Shown: one piece after another, positions 1-12,985 of the stretch
Position numbering within the stretch: the first letter of the stretch is position 1
Layout of the letters: every line of letters starts with the position of its first letter
Notes under the pieces: model-generated
What the model was told of the DNA's origin: nothing
The model's database searches: none
The model's input: the letters and a program-made list of their open reading frames with translations, nothing else
From: Callorhinchus milii
Lineage: Eukaryota
Assembly: GCF_018977255.1 (NCBI RefSeq)
Contig: NW_024704742.1
Location: forward strand, 3,536,001-3,600,000
Length of the DNA: 64,000 nt
Direction: 5' to 3'
Program-made: the position numbers and the translations under genes

Positions 1-2470
1 CTTACCCGAACTGTAGGTCTTCGGCGGGACGTATCCGAACAGCGTTACAATCGGAAATGTGCCTTTGTGATCTTCAGGGACGGAGCAGGACATGATTACC
101 TGCGGTCCTCATGCCAGCAAGTCACCCGCCACCACCCACAGACCCAACACTCACAACTCGATCAGCAGCCTGTTATGAATCACTGCTTCTCAACTACGAG
201 CATCCACTCGATTTTCCCTCCCACGTTTCAATGCGACCGACTGCAAAGCGGTTTTAATGGGAAAAGCTTCACAATTACTATTTCTCTTTTTTTATACATA
301 TATAGGTTTAAAAAAAATCCACACGTTTAACCGGCGATGTAATGACAACTTAGGCTATGTCGGATCCGGGAAAGCCTCCTCGAAAGAAAAAAAAAACCCA
401 CGAGGTTCAAAGACTAACGAAAACACTGCAACCACTGTCTCGGTAGCGCAATGCTTGGGTTTGCATTGTAATTGGAGTAGTTACACTCGGAGGCTTGTAC
501 AGCCTGAACTCAGCAGGGTCATTCCCTTCTCAGAAGGTCACGCAGAGCAAGGCTTACAACATAAAGACCCACACTATCAGGTACCACACAAAATGTGTAG
601 TCGGGTGTGTGGCCCAGAATACAAGCCACAGACACAAGTGTAATTATTTCTGTCCATCGGAATAATTACATGCTTTGTTGCCTCTGCGAGCTTCCACCCG
701 ATCACTCGCTTTGTTTGTTTCGGAACCCATAAAAAGAGTCTGGGACAGGATGGTCTGAAAACAGGCTCCTCCAGCTGCACCAATGCTCTCGGGAGAACTG
801 AGCCGCTGTCTGATCTCGATCTCTGCGTCTTTGCAAGTGCCGCCAGCAGTTCAATACACGAGATTTTATGTGACTGAGGTTACCACCGGGCCCCTTCAGA
901 CACTTCAATCACAGGAGAGGTGCCACTCGACCGTTATTTGCTCTGCAGCCTGGGATGGGAGCTTTGGTTTGTAAAATCACTTTAGACTCGTGGTGGCCGG
1001 TGAGGTGATCTGAGTCTGCTAACCGAGCTACCTGTTTACCACGGAAACAGCAATAACAACAACAAATTACATTTGGATATAGCGCCTTTTGCGTCGGGAG
1101 GACTTCCCAAGGCAACAGGCCCCACTGGGCGGGTACAATGTCTATTCACTCTCCTGCTCTCACCCACGATAATAATCCTTGCATTTGATATAGCACCTCA
1201 TCACGTGGTCGAGACGTCTCAAAGCGCTTCACGGGATATACTGTGAAGTGGATTGACTACGTATTTTGTGGGCGTTATTTATTCTTATTTTCCCTTTTCC
1301 TAATGCAGTCCTTCCAAACAAAGTCCTGAGCTCTGCTACTCCGACTGCTCACATAGTGTCATTCACATTGGGAGAACATCTCAAAACCCCAGTGCACGGG
1401 GCGGTTGGGGGTGAGAGCTTGGCCCAAAGTACGGCCAAAGAAGTAGACTTTCAGGTGGGATGTGAAAGCGGAGTGTGAAGGGGAGAGAGGGACCGGTTTC
1501 AGAAGAAGGCGCAAAGTGTCTAAGGACTCGCTCACCAATGTTCTACTTATCATGGAATTTGAATGGCTTTTTCTTTAATAAGACCATCAAATAAACAAAG
1601 GAGTCCTTCACTTTACGGCTGGAAACCTCACAGTCATCGTTGGAAATGAGATTTTCTGAGGAAAGAATGAAGTAGACAAGGGACGGATTTAAATTCTTAC
1701 ACAGAGCTTCAAAAGACACGAGTCATAAAAACACATTTTTCCATTTATTTAGAATTATTCACTTTAAGCTTGAAGTAAACAGCCATGGTTTCGCAATGTA
1801 CGCATGAGTAAGTATCGTGCGGTTTTCCTGGATTCCAGTTAACGTACGCTGATATTTGTGATCCGAATCAATATTGTGGTGTTAAAATAAAATAAAATTC
1901 TTACGATAATTCTACGGCTGCTGCTTTCAATGGAATAATTAGAATCTCTCTCTGTCTCTCTCTGGTTTACACTTGCAGTGCGGGCATGTAATTACACACA
2001 AAGTCAAGTGGCCACTTACTCTAGATAAACTTGTTTTGTTTGGAAAGTTGCGCACAGCGCTTGCAGTGTGAATAACAATCACAAAACACACCCAATACAA
2101 TACAATTTTACATTTATACGGTGCCATTTAGGTCGGCGGGGGGGGGGGGGGGGGGGAGGAATGGTTGAGGAGCATCTCAAAGTGCTTGGATGTTGATGAC
2201 CAGGTACCCGAACTAGGGGTGCGCAGAGCGGAAAGGTGACCGAAGACTGAAACCCACCCACTACCTTACAACTCCCAAAGTATTAGGTTTCTTTCTTCTT
2301 TATTTAGGTCTGTGTTCTCCTCTTCCTTTCCTCCTCCAACATTTGCGTCTATCCCTCCTGACCTGGAGGCAGCGGTTCCAATGAGAATTTTGCTCACTTC
2401 CGCCTACAAAATATACAGTCAACTCACTTTACAGGAGGGTTGAAAGCCTCTCCCAATGGAGCAATGAACC

Positions 2471-2488
2471 GGCCTCCAGAGGGAGCAC
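2471..2488 (+). promoter_or_regulatory. CTCF-like motif GGCCTCCAGAGGGAGCAC
   Basis: Near match to the CTCF consensus. Motif match only. Confidence 0.2.
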
Positions 2489-2834
2489 AAGTGTTTAGTG
2501 CCAACACTCCCTGCCCACCTGGATATCTCTGAGCACTTCCCTGTCATGGTGTACCTGAGAACAGAAACTCAGTGATGGGGTTGCACATTGGGATGACATT
2601 ATTGCCCAGCAGTCCTGTGCACCATCAGTCGGACCTTCAATCGTTCCAGAGCTTGGAATTATTTCGACTACACTTGCGCTCTAAAACAAACATGGAATAT
2701 TAGTGAATGATGCGGCTTTTGACTGGAATTTCATTTTCACCAAAATTAATGTAGCATTTTCCTTCCACTTGAATTTTTTTTACACACACCAGTGACCTAA
2801 GACTGACACGTGAAATGTTGTAAATGGTTTGACT

Positions 2835-3185
2835 GTTAGTAGCCCTCTGGACTCTGGGTCAAAACATGTTGTGGGTTCCATCCCCATAATCGGCTCTTTG
2901 AGCTCCTACACGTAAATCAACTTTACAATGTAGTGGCGGGGAAGTGCTGCACTCTCAGAGTTGCTGTCCTTTTGGTTGAAATGCTAGACCGAGGTTATGC
3001 CTGACTGTCAGTCTGTCTGTCTGTCTGTCTGTCTGTCCAAGTGGACATCAAAGATCCCACGTCACTTTGAAAAGAGAAGGAACTTTCTCACGGTTTCACC
3101 GCCTATTTACCTCGGGCTTTTTTGGGGGGGGGGGGGGGCATGTTGCTGTGTGCAAACCTCCTGCCGTGTTCGTCTACAAATACAC
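2835..3185 (+). mobile_element. Deu-domain SINE, family B (SacSINE1-like), decayed
   Basis: GAAGTGCTGCACTCTCAGAGTTGCTGTC...AAAGATCCCACGTCACTTTGAAAAGAGAAGG resembles the recalled Deu-domain consensus. Confidence 0.7.
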
Positions 3186-4149
3186 GGAATTGTATTTGGT
3201 GAACACAGCGGTCAATTTTGCGCAGAGCAATTCCAATGGTCCCAATAACAGCAGTCTCATGCGGAGCATGGCACGTCTGACACGACAGCACACCCCCAGC
3301 ATTGCTTTGGTGTGTCAGCCTAGACGGTGAACTCAGACTCCCGCTATGAGACTTGAAGCAAAAACCTTCCAGCTCGGAGGCGAGATTTATTGTATCGGTC
3401 ACCTCATCAGCTTTTGAACAATAATCTCAACGTAAATTCAGTTGCTTTAAAGGAAGCTTTGTGAAGCACTTTGAGAACAGTGTGAAATAAATCTAAAAAT
3501 ATAAAATTGCTCATCCACTTCATGGCTGTTTATAAGAGCTTTTGGCATTGCCTGCGTGCAAAATTCTCTGTGCTATCCTGTAAAGTCACTGCATTTTACG
3601 GTGTATCTTGTGAAATGCTTTGGGCGATATATCAAAGGAAGTGCTATATCAAAAATATGGATTATTATCATTTGGAGACCACAAACCCTCACAAGAATTA
3701 ATCGAGCTTTTATTTTAAAAAAAGAGAGGGCAAGGTTTGAAGGTTTGTGGGATTTGCTGTTAATTAAACCAGAGCTGTTTTCTGGAAGCCACGCTTTGGA
3801 AATGGACTGCAGCTATTCGCAATCTGTTTTTCTCTTCCACCAACGTGTTGTCAGACAATAAAAAGATACCATATGGCTTTGCAAGCAACTGCTTTTGAAT
3901 GAACCGTGACTGACTGCCCATCTAAACCCTGCGAGAACAAAGGAAGTGATTTGGTACAGTTGCACCTCATTTTACACGGTGGCAATTCCAGAGTGCTTAC
4001 GCATCAGCTAAAATCCCATATGGTTACCTTTTTATTGTCCAACTAATCGATTGAACAGAACAGGCTGCAACCAATTACCTCATTTTCTGTGACACTTCCA
4101 AAGTACTTGTTTGTTAAGTACAAATGCACATGGCACTTTCTCTCTATCA

Positions 4150-4530
4150 TTGTAAGAATCTTTGCACTTGATACTGGGCCTTATCATGTCGGTGAAACAG
4201 TCTCGGAGAGCTTCACAGCATTTCATAGGGACTGTGTATTCGTAGATAAAAAAAACACAGCAGCCAATTCACACGTAGCGATGTCCCACAAATGATGTCC
4301 CACAAATAGCCGCAGTGAATGATATTTGGAGAAATTCCCTTCTCTTTTTTTGAACAGTGCCATGGGGTCTTTACTGTCTATCTGAACAGGCAGATTGGAC
4401 CTTGATTTGACCTCTCATACGAAGGACGGCATTTCTGACAATGCTTTGGTGTGTCAGCTTAGACGGTGAACTCAGAGTCCTGCTGTAAGGCTTCATCCAA
4501 AAATCTTCCAACTCAGAGGCAAGAGTTATC
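4150..4530 (-). mobile_element. Deu-domain SINE family B
   Basis: Reverse-strand AGTGCCATGGGGTCTTTAC...CTCATACGAAGGACGGCA, with head and tail remnants. Confidence 0.75.
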
Positions 4531-6309
4531 GTATTGTTCACTTCATCAATACACGTCAGGTCTTTTGAACAACAGTGTCAATAATAATCCTTGCTTTTGA
4601 TATAGCGCCTTATCACGAATTCGAGACGTCTCAAAGCGCTTCACAGAATATTCTGTAAAGTCCATGAAAATTCTGCCGAATTACAATTAGTTTTCAAAGT
4701 CACCCACTGTACTTTGTAGTGATGTTGCTGACTGTAGTATGACCATGCACTCCTTGTTCGTTTTACACAAAGACACTTGAAGTATAAGCACAGGAATTCA
4801 GGTACGTATGTCATGTCCTCAAACTCCGACATTACATCTGTCAGTTTTACTAGAATTTGCCAATGAAAGCTTAATTGCCAAAGCAGGAGAAGGGCGTCAT
4901 TCATAATGTAAATTAATTTCCTAAGTTTGGATAAATACCATCGTGAACCTCGGCAGAAATTCCTTCAGGTAATTGAGACACATTAAAAAAAAATGCTGCT
5001 TGCTGTGTCAGTCACTGGTCTTGGTTTGCATGTCGAACGCTAAAGAGGGCAAAACAACCGCGTAGGCAATAACTACTGTAGATATGCAGTGCCTTGGAAT
5101 GAAAGGGTCAAAAGCAACAAGGTGGAATTCTTTTACTAATTTCTTTAAAATACATTCACTGAGGAAATAAGCACAAAATCCCAAAGAAACCTCCACACAA
5201 AATAAGGATTCTGGTTTAAAAGGAAAACCGAAAGAGATACAACAGAAGTCCACTATGTTTTATCACGGAAATCATGCCTAAAACCTAGCATTTTTGGTCC
5301 CCCTCCGCACTCGCTAACAGAGATAGATGGAGGTTCCGATGAATAAAGTGAGGCCATTTAATTTGCCACCACCTGTAATCGAGGATACCAGCATCATTAC
5401 ACACAGCGGAAAAAGTCTCGAATCAAATATAATTGAGGACAACCCTAAAGGTAGGTAAAGGTGAGACTTTATTTCTGCAATTTCATTGATCTTTGCATAT
5501 GATCCAAAATCAAGAAACTCCCAAAATTGTTACGCTTGAGAAAAATGGCTTAAAATCCTCCCCCCCTCCCCCTCGTCATCCACTCTTGGATTTCTGCTCC
5601 CTCTTGATCCAGACATCAGTTTTGTTTCTCTTCCTGAACTCTTCAATGGGATTCGTTGGCGTTCCGTTCCACGAGCTAACATGGCAGAAAGCAGTTATTG
5701 CTCAAATTAGTCGAGCGAAAATCATGTTGGGTGCGAGAGCTGAGCATCGGATATGTTAGATGGCAAAGCCCCAAAGGTTATTATTGCAAGAGGATGTGGT
5801 GACATGATTCATGCTCATCACATGGGAGTTCCAAGCGTTTGAAGTAGAGACCTTAGGACCACGGTCAAGCTTTAGTGAAGGTGTTAAACCTCATTTTATG
5901 CACTCAGTTTGATAGTCGAGGGATGGCTATTTTTCCAGCCGCTACTTTTCCTGAACATTAAATTCTCCAAAAATCCAGTGAATAGTCCTGTATGTTATGG
6001 TCGTAAGCACGCTATGTACAAGGGTTAGCCTGTGGACCAAATCCACTGTGGTCTGTTTCTTAATCTGTACAAACATTCAGATTGGGAATGTTTTTCCTGG
6101 AAGCAAGACAGCTTTCCAAATAAAATGTTGTTTTCGCTTTACCTTAATGCACATTAGGTTACCAAAATATAAATGCAGTTTGTTCCATAGTCTCCTTCTC
6201 CTTACCCGTCAGATCATGATCTACAATTAATCATTCACTTCGCAGCTTTTTGTGGGGACATTGATGTGTGCAAATTAGGTCACCTACAAATGACACAGTC
6301 GCTACACTT

Positions 6310-6710
6310 CATCCTTCACTCCTCGCTGGTCTTCCCAACGTTCACAATGTCCAATCAATTCAAAACTCTGCCAACCAAATCCTCATCCGTACCAAACTCC
6401 ACGCATCATCGCTCCGATCCTTGCCAGGCTCCACTGGCTCCCTGTCGCAGAACCGATCGATTTCAAGCTCCTCACACTGGCCGACAAATTATTTAATTCC
6501 CTAGCACCTCCCTACCTCTCAAACGTGCTCACACCCACTCCTTCACTCAGTCTTCTGAATGTCCCTCGACCCCTCCACTGCACCATCGGTGGCCGTGCTT
6601 TCAGCCAGTATGCCCGCAATTGCTCTGACTCCCTGCCTCAATCTCCACGCCTTCCCCCCTCTTTGCCTGTCTTCAGATCGCACCTGAAGATTTTCCTCTT
6701 CGACTATGTA
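6310..6710 (+). mobile_element. L2 LINE ORF2 C-terminal fragment
   Basis: IQSIQNSA..IL.RTK, LARLHWLPV and TIGGRAFSQYA-type motifs, collinear with 51400-51800. Confidence 0.85.
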
Positions 6711-7276
6711 ACTCTCCAATGTGACCATCTTGTGTTTTCTACATTACAGGATCGAGAGTTTGAAGTGTTGACTCGGGAGGCAAGATAATGTTTGCTTTTT
6801 TTAAAAAAAAAAGACACGTAAATAACAACCTGTCACGAGGTTATTTCTAGACAGCTAGAAAAACGAAATAATTTTCTGTGCTAGATTTCGCAGTATATGG
6901 CTTTGGACACAGATGTTCAATGTGATTTTTTTTTACTCCTGCACAAAGCTGGGCCTGTTTATGATTGTGCACACAGTGATTCTACAGAGAACCTCAACCC
7001 AAGTGCAGGTCTACGGTCTGAAACATTTACACCGCTGCAGACATCCTCACAGTTTCACACACAAACCTCGTTCCCCATCCTCATCCTTCCAGCTGTCAGA
7101 CAATCGCATCAACATATGACCTTCCAGCTCCCGTTACGCAAATTGTCTCGTGGTTTCCACTCAACAGGTTCGGTGCAGAAAGGCGACGGTGGCCACTGCC
7201 CTATAATTGACGGTCTGCAACCGATCCTCTTGGCTCCTCATCGAGTGCTTTGAGTGGGATCTCCCTCACTAGTATC

Positions 7277-7500
7277 GGCCCTGGCTCACTTGGTAGCACT
7301 CTCGCCCCTGAGTTAAAGATCTCATGGCCCTATTTGAAAAGAGAATGGAGTTTCTCCCGATGTACTGGCCAACAATCTCCCAAATGAAATCGGTTACTCA
7401 TCTCGTGGCTGACTGTGGGACATTGTCTGCCATGTTTGCCTACAAACACAGGGTTGCACGACTTTTACTTTTATCCTGTGAAGTGCTTTCTAACATGAAA
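7277..7500 (+). mobile_element. Deu-domain SINE family B, internally deleted
   Basis: Head GGCTCACTTGGTAGCACTCTCGCC joined to AAAGATCTCATGGCCCTATTTGAAAAGAGA. Confidence 0.7.
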
Positions 7501-7784
7501 GGAGGTCGGAGCTGCATTCTGACGGGAACTCTGAGAGTAATAAATGGGGTACATGACCTTCACTGTTTGCGTCCAAGCAGCAAGGGACACCAGTATGTTG
7601 ATGTAATAGTCTAACAGCTGTATCGAATTCAAGGATTAGTATTATAAGCGTTTTTTCTCAGCCTGTGTAAAAACAGATCAAAACCAAAAATGAAACACGT
7701 ATTTTGTGCCACTTGTTAAGAGTGTTGCAGTTTCTCTGCTATAACCTAAGTAATTCCTATAAAGCTTTGCTGATGAACACGTTT

Positions 7785-8255
7785 TCACAGGATCACAACA
7801 TTGGTTTGGATGAAGAAGGCCCTTTGATCCATCTGATCTCATTCCTCCAGAACACCTACCCTATCGTCCCCCACCACAACACCAAAATGTTTTTAAATGA
7901 GGTGAATGCCTGGGCTCAATCACCTTCCTTTCCTGACAGTTTGATCCAGTCATTATTTACTCTCTGAGTAAAGAAAATTCTTCCTGACGTCTGTCCTGCA
8001 ATTGCCCTTTATAACTCTAAACGGTGTCCTCTTGTTCTACTGTCTCGGTGCATCCTTGATTTGGGGTTATTTTTTCAATCCTATTAAAAATGTTACTCAC
8101 TCTGAATTGTCTTCTCTCAAGACCGATGAGCCCTAACTTGTCTGATAGTTGCTCGTTCTTCTTACTTTGGGGTTCATCCATGTCCATTTCTTGCTCTCGA
8201 TACCCAGTGACCACAGTTGTGAAGGAGTATTTCATGTGATACTTTGTCAAAAACA
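7785..8255 (-). mobile_element. CR1 LINE 3' fragment
   Basis: LGLIGLERR, TRGH..RVIKG and FFTQR-type motifs; 3' UTR GATGAAGAAGGCCC..GATCCATCT. Confidence 0.85.
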
Positions 8256-9139
8256 TCTTGTAAGTCTACACCTACCACACCATACGGCTTCCCACAGTCA
8301 ATATGGGCTATCAACTCCTCAATATAGTCTCTATCGCCTCAAAACAAAGTCTCCCTCATCCTTATAGAATACCTAACCTAACATCACTGCATCAAACCAT
8401 TACTTAAAAAAGAACAGAGTTCCTAGTCTCAACCATCCTTTCTTTGCGTATCATTTAATGCATCGAATTCCTGTCTCGAACTCGTGGTAACGCCACATCT
8501 AGAAAATTTGGAATAGGTTAGCGAACTTTCCATCTTTATAGCAGTAAAGTGACCAAAAGGTTTTTTTTGCTGTGATTTGATTCCCATTTTCCACTATAAA
8601 CAAAGCACAATAAACCTTGCCAACACTTGTGTCACAATGCTACTTTGCAGAATTCACTCCACAGCTGTGTCTGCCTTGAATTCCACACAACATTCACGTC
8701 AATCACTTGATGAATACCATGTGAATATTACAAATAAGATTGATGTCCTGCTTCTCCCAGTCCTGGCAATCAGTCAGGAGCCAGCCGTCTTTCAACACAA
8801 TAGGAGCTGCCATGATCAGTATCATCAGCAACAGTGAAAGTCTTCAATTAGTGTTTTTCTCTGTCAATTGATAATCCACATGTTAGACTTTGCAAATAAA
8901 CCGAGAATCAAAAGGGAAATATTTTCCAACGGTTGCGGAGAACTATGGGTTCTGCAATATTGGGAGTTCACAAGAGAGGTTCCGATGAAGAAGGCCTCCG
9001 GGCCAATTTTATATCAGTTTCAGAGAACAATTTTATAGTTTACTTTGCGCTATGTACTTAGAATGGGATTTCCCATCACAAACCCGGAACAATGTGTTTG
9101 CCACACACTGCCACACATTACACTTAATATCACAATGGG

Positions 9140-9275
9140 GGAGGACAAGTTTGCAGGGCTATGGGGAGAGAGCGGGGCAGTGGGATTGATTTGGATAGCT
9201 CTTTTAAAAGAGACAGCACAGACACGATGGGCCAAATGGCCTCCTTCTGTGCTGTTTAATTCTACGATGTCTGAA
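9140..9275 (+). mobile_element. CR1 3' UTR/tail
   Basis: GCAGGGCTATGGGGAGAGAGCGGGG...GATGGGCCAAATGGCCTCCTTCTGTGCTG. Similar tails lie at ~41960-42065 (-) and ~52945-53030 (+). Confidence 0.8.
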
Positions 9276-9439
9276 ACCAGCTTTCACAGATGTCACTCTC
9301 TTTATGACACACAAGACCGTGAGAACTTAGTGCTTTCTAAAGTGAAGCAATAAAACAATGGAAGCCTTATAAAACAGGGAGATTGATAGATGGGAAATAT
9401 GCTCTTAGCTGCTTAGGCTTTTTCCATTACCCGCATCTC

Positions 9440-9800
9440 AAAGTCCCACAGAAGGGACTTTGAGCACACAGTCCAGCCTGACACTTCAAGTCAATGTAGT
9501 GCCGAGGGAGTCATGTATTGGCAGAGGTGCTGGCTTTTGCCTGAGATGCTAAAGCAAAGTCTCATCCGCCTGTTCACGTGGACATTAAAAATCCCGTGGC
9601 ACTATTCAAAAAGAGAAGACATTTTCCCTCAGTGTTGACCATCAATCATCCAGATAAATTAAGTCACTCGGCTCATTTGCGAGACAATGCTGTAGACAAA
9701 ATTGTCTGCTGTGCTCACTACATTTTACAGAAATTATGAGACACTTTGATACATTCTTGATGTTATGGGGTGCTTTCTCCAAAAAGAAGGATTATTATTA
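9440..9800 (+). mobile_element. Deu-domain SINE family B
   Basis: GGGACTTTGAGCACA...AAAATCCCGTGGCACTATTCAAAAAGAGAAG plus tail. Confidence 0.75.
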
Positions 9801-10249
9801 CGATGCCTGTAGTAAGGGTACAGAGTTTATTCTGCTCCCTGAACGGCCTCTTAACATTTGGTGATGAGAGTTATTTTGCTGTCTACAGTGATTATGTAAT
9901 GCTTGCCAATACGTACATTTTGAGGCAAAACAGACAGAAATGAAAGCGTTTTATGTAGCTGCGGAAATACAAGGCTTCTTCCCAGACAAAACAACCTGTT
10001 TCACTCAAGGCATTCTCAGCTCTGTTCCCGATTACAGATTACAATAAACTCCGCAGCTTGCAACATCAGAGCAATCCAAATTGCAATACAACTTTCACAC
10101 GAAAATATTTATTACCAGGCATGAAAAACCATCAATTCTTGTTTCTTCCTATTTTTCTTCTGCAAATGTTCCCAGTGATACTGAACTTTAATAGGAGAGG
10201 GTGTTGTACAAGGAGGTAATGATAGCCCTCCTTTAATATGACAATTTAT

Positions 10250-10397
10250 AATAATAACTCTTGAATTTGATATGGCACTTTTCATGTCTTCGAGACGTCT
10301 CAAAGCGCTTCACAGGATATACTGTAAAGTGAATTGACTGTATATTTGTGGGCGAAACGACGCGGCAGCCAATTGCGCACAGCAATGTCCCACAACC
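10250..10397 (-). mobile_element. SINE 3' fragment (shared A/B tail)
   Basis: GAGACGTCTCAAAGCGCTTCACAGGATATACTGTAAAGTGAATTGACTG. Similar fragments lie near 1170-1275, 3505-3670, 4580-4660, 23280-23355, 27305-27380, 29570-29680, 33245-33395, 37920-37990, 46140-46310, 59775-59876 and 63415-63555. Confidence 0.85.
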
Positions 10398-10864
10398 TGT
10401 GGTGCCTGAAAAGTTAAAAGCTGCGATGGAATGTTAATTTGATTACTTAATGTAAAATATCCAAACAAGCCGCACTGTATTCTTCTTGTCTTCTTCTTAA
10501 TATTATTAATTATATAGTAATATTATTGTTACGTTATTACAATTTAAATCACTCCATAGAGGTAATTTCTAAGCGGTTTTGCATAGGAATGGATGTTACA
10601 TTTCTTAGCATGTTTGAACTTTCCAAAATAGCTGCTTTTTGCAGGGGGTCGATATTTTGTTCACCGGGTATTTCGACTGAATAGTCTTATTAACAGTCCC
10701 ACGTTATTATCATTTTTACATAAAGGTCTTGATTTTCTACAAACATTCTCAATAAGCAAAGCTTAGCTCCTTCCTCACTGACCTTCGCTTTTGATGCCAT
10801 TCACCTCCAGCATTTTGTTCCACTTCTCTTCATCAAACTGTTTTTATGAATCAATAAGTGGGCT

Positions 10865-11475
10865 GTCCAGGGCCTTGGAGGCAGTGCAAAGGAAGACAAC
10901 AAGGATGATCCTCAGTGTTAAAGGAATGAGCTGTGAGCAACGATTAGACAAACTAGGGTTCTCCAGTCTCCAGAGAGAAGACTTTTCAGAGGGGAGAATT
11001 GCAGAGATGTCTGTGGGATTGGCAGAGTAAACTAGAACAGTACTTGCAGATGCACAAATCCAGCAGAACGAGAGGACGTAGGTGTAGAGTTGTGAAGGGC
11101 AATTTCATGGCGGCTACCAGGAAGTATTTCTTTACCCAGAGGATGATTCACATCAGCCCCACGTGCGACGCATCTCCCAGCAGCCTTGCTCTCAATGTTT
11201 GTCTTTTCTATTTTTTTTTTAAAAATCCTCCCCCGCTCCCCACTCCTTTTTGAACAAAATTGCAAAGTTTTATTGTTTTCTTATTATTCCAATTTAACTT
11301 ACGTCAATTATTTATAATCCCGTGCACGATGTAGAGTCAAGGAAGGCAGCCTGAGGCGAGGACACTGGACTCATTTAACAAACAGCTTCTCGCTGTGATG
11401 GGCGGAAAGCAGATTGGGTATTCTGGAAAGATGAGATCAAATGGGCCTTCATCCTAACCAATTTTATGTGATATG
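10865..11475 (+). mobile_element. CR1 LINE 3' fragment, interrupted (~11155-11325)
   Basis: ALEAVQRKTTRMI..VKGMS.EQRLDKLG, RTRG..RVVKGNF...RKYFFTQR; the 3' UTR resumes at ~11325. Confidence 0.88.
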
Positions 11476-12799
11476 AGCTAAGGGTTTATCTTACCCCATG
11501 CTGAGAGAAAACCATCTCCAAATGATTGAATAAAGCCAATTACTGTACTTTTATGAAACAAGAGACAACGCTTGGGGGGGCTACAGCAGTTACTATAGGG
11601 ACTGTTAATCATACCCTTTAAAAATAGGATGTTTCTTAACCTTTTAATAGATTGCAAAGCTCCTATTTTGAGTTCTGTGACTTTGAAATATGCTAAAACA
11701 TCCATGGAAGAAGGATAGAGGGCAAACTCCCCGCTGAGTATTATTTGTGTTACAGTATATGTGTTATTGGATTATATATCATTATCTTATTTACAGTAAC
11801 TTCTTTTCACAAAAGCACAAGAATATTTTGATCATAAACCTGATCTACATCATTAGTCCGTCAGCAGTGCTGAGTGGCGTTCTCAAATCCACTGATTTGC
11901 ATCAATAAAAAGCTGGAGAATTCCACACTATGGGGTTTCAAAAAAAACCTATTCCCAGAATAACAAAAACAAGCAAATTTTAAGGCAGTGAAATATTGAC
12001 TACCGATACAGCTCCAATCCACACTCTCATGAAACTGCAGGAAGAATGCACCAACAGAATGTCAATAAGGCACAATTATTTCCCATTAATCACTTTTTCC
12101 ATTTAACTTGCTTTCCAAAACTTTATGTTCATGTTGTTTCCCGCTCCACACACACACACACACACACACACGGTATTTTTCCCAGTAACACAAAACCCTC
12201 ATAAACCTCAGGTCAACGTCCATCACAATATTATACCTATAAAACAACAGGGGTCTAATTTGCAGTATTTCTTAATAAGGAACCCCATTAGAATGCTTGT
12301 TATCTTTCAGGAACTCCCACAGGTCGGGATTACTTGGGAGTCTATTACACGTTATATTTATTGTTATTCATTATTACCTTATTGTTAAGGTGCTGTATCA
12401 AATACAAGGATTATTATTAGATATTATTATACATTAATATTTATTACAATTGGAAGCCTCGCCCATTCTTCTTAAATAACAATGTTTGGCTCAACACCGC
12501 TTCTTACTGCCCCATCCGCCAATTAACAGCACAATCTAAATTATAATTCGAAACTCAAACACAAAACAGAGCAACCTGTCTGCAAAACATCAGTGTCAGC
12601 CAACTCGGGCAAACTTCACTGCGAACCAGCATTTCTTTTCCCACTTAGGCTGCAAATTGCGAGGAAGCCCATTTCCTACGTTTACCAATTTTCTGTCATT
12701 GGAACAACTGACTGTAGTAACACAGCGCAAGGATGAGCTGCTGTGCTCGTTCAGGTCTGCTCATCGGAGATGCTCACGCTTGAATGCAACGACGACTGA

Positions 12800-12985
12800 A
12801 GCAGTGGCGTAGTCTGACGCTGAGCCAAGAAGAAAAGGTAGGTGACCACGGGCCACGGTTGAAGAAAAAGGTCTTCAGGTGAAATCTGAAGATGGGCAAA
12901 GAGGGGGTGAGGCGGGGAGATTGAGGCAGGACGCTCCAAAGGTTCAGGGGTTGTGGCTGAAAGCATGGCCGCCAATGCTGCTATT
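12800..12985 (-). mobile_element. L2 3' fragment
   Basis: Encodes SSIGGHAFSH-like sequence and matches the other L2 3' ends. Confidence 0.7.

Noticed and set aside
6..99. Possible minus-strand exon VIMSCSVPEDHKGTFPIVTLFGYVPPKTYSS with GTAAG donor
   Set aside because: The acceptor lacks a polypyrimidine tract and no homologue is recognised.
577..880. ~100-codon open minus frame (...LVQLEEPVFRPSCPRLFLW...)
   Set aside because: No convincing splice sites and no recognised family.
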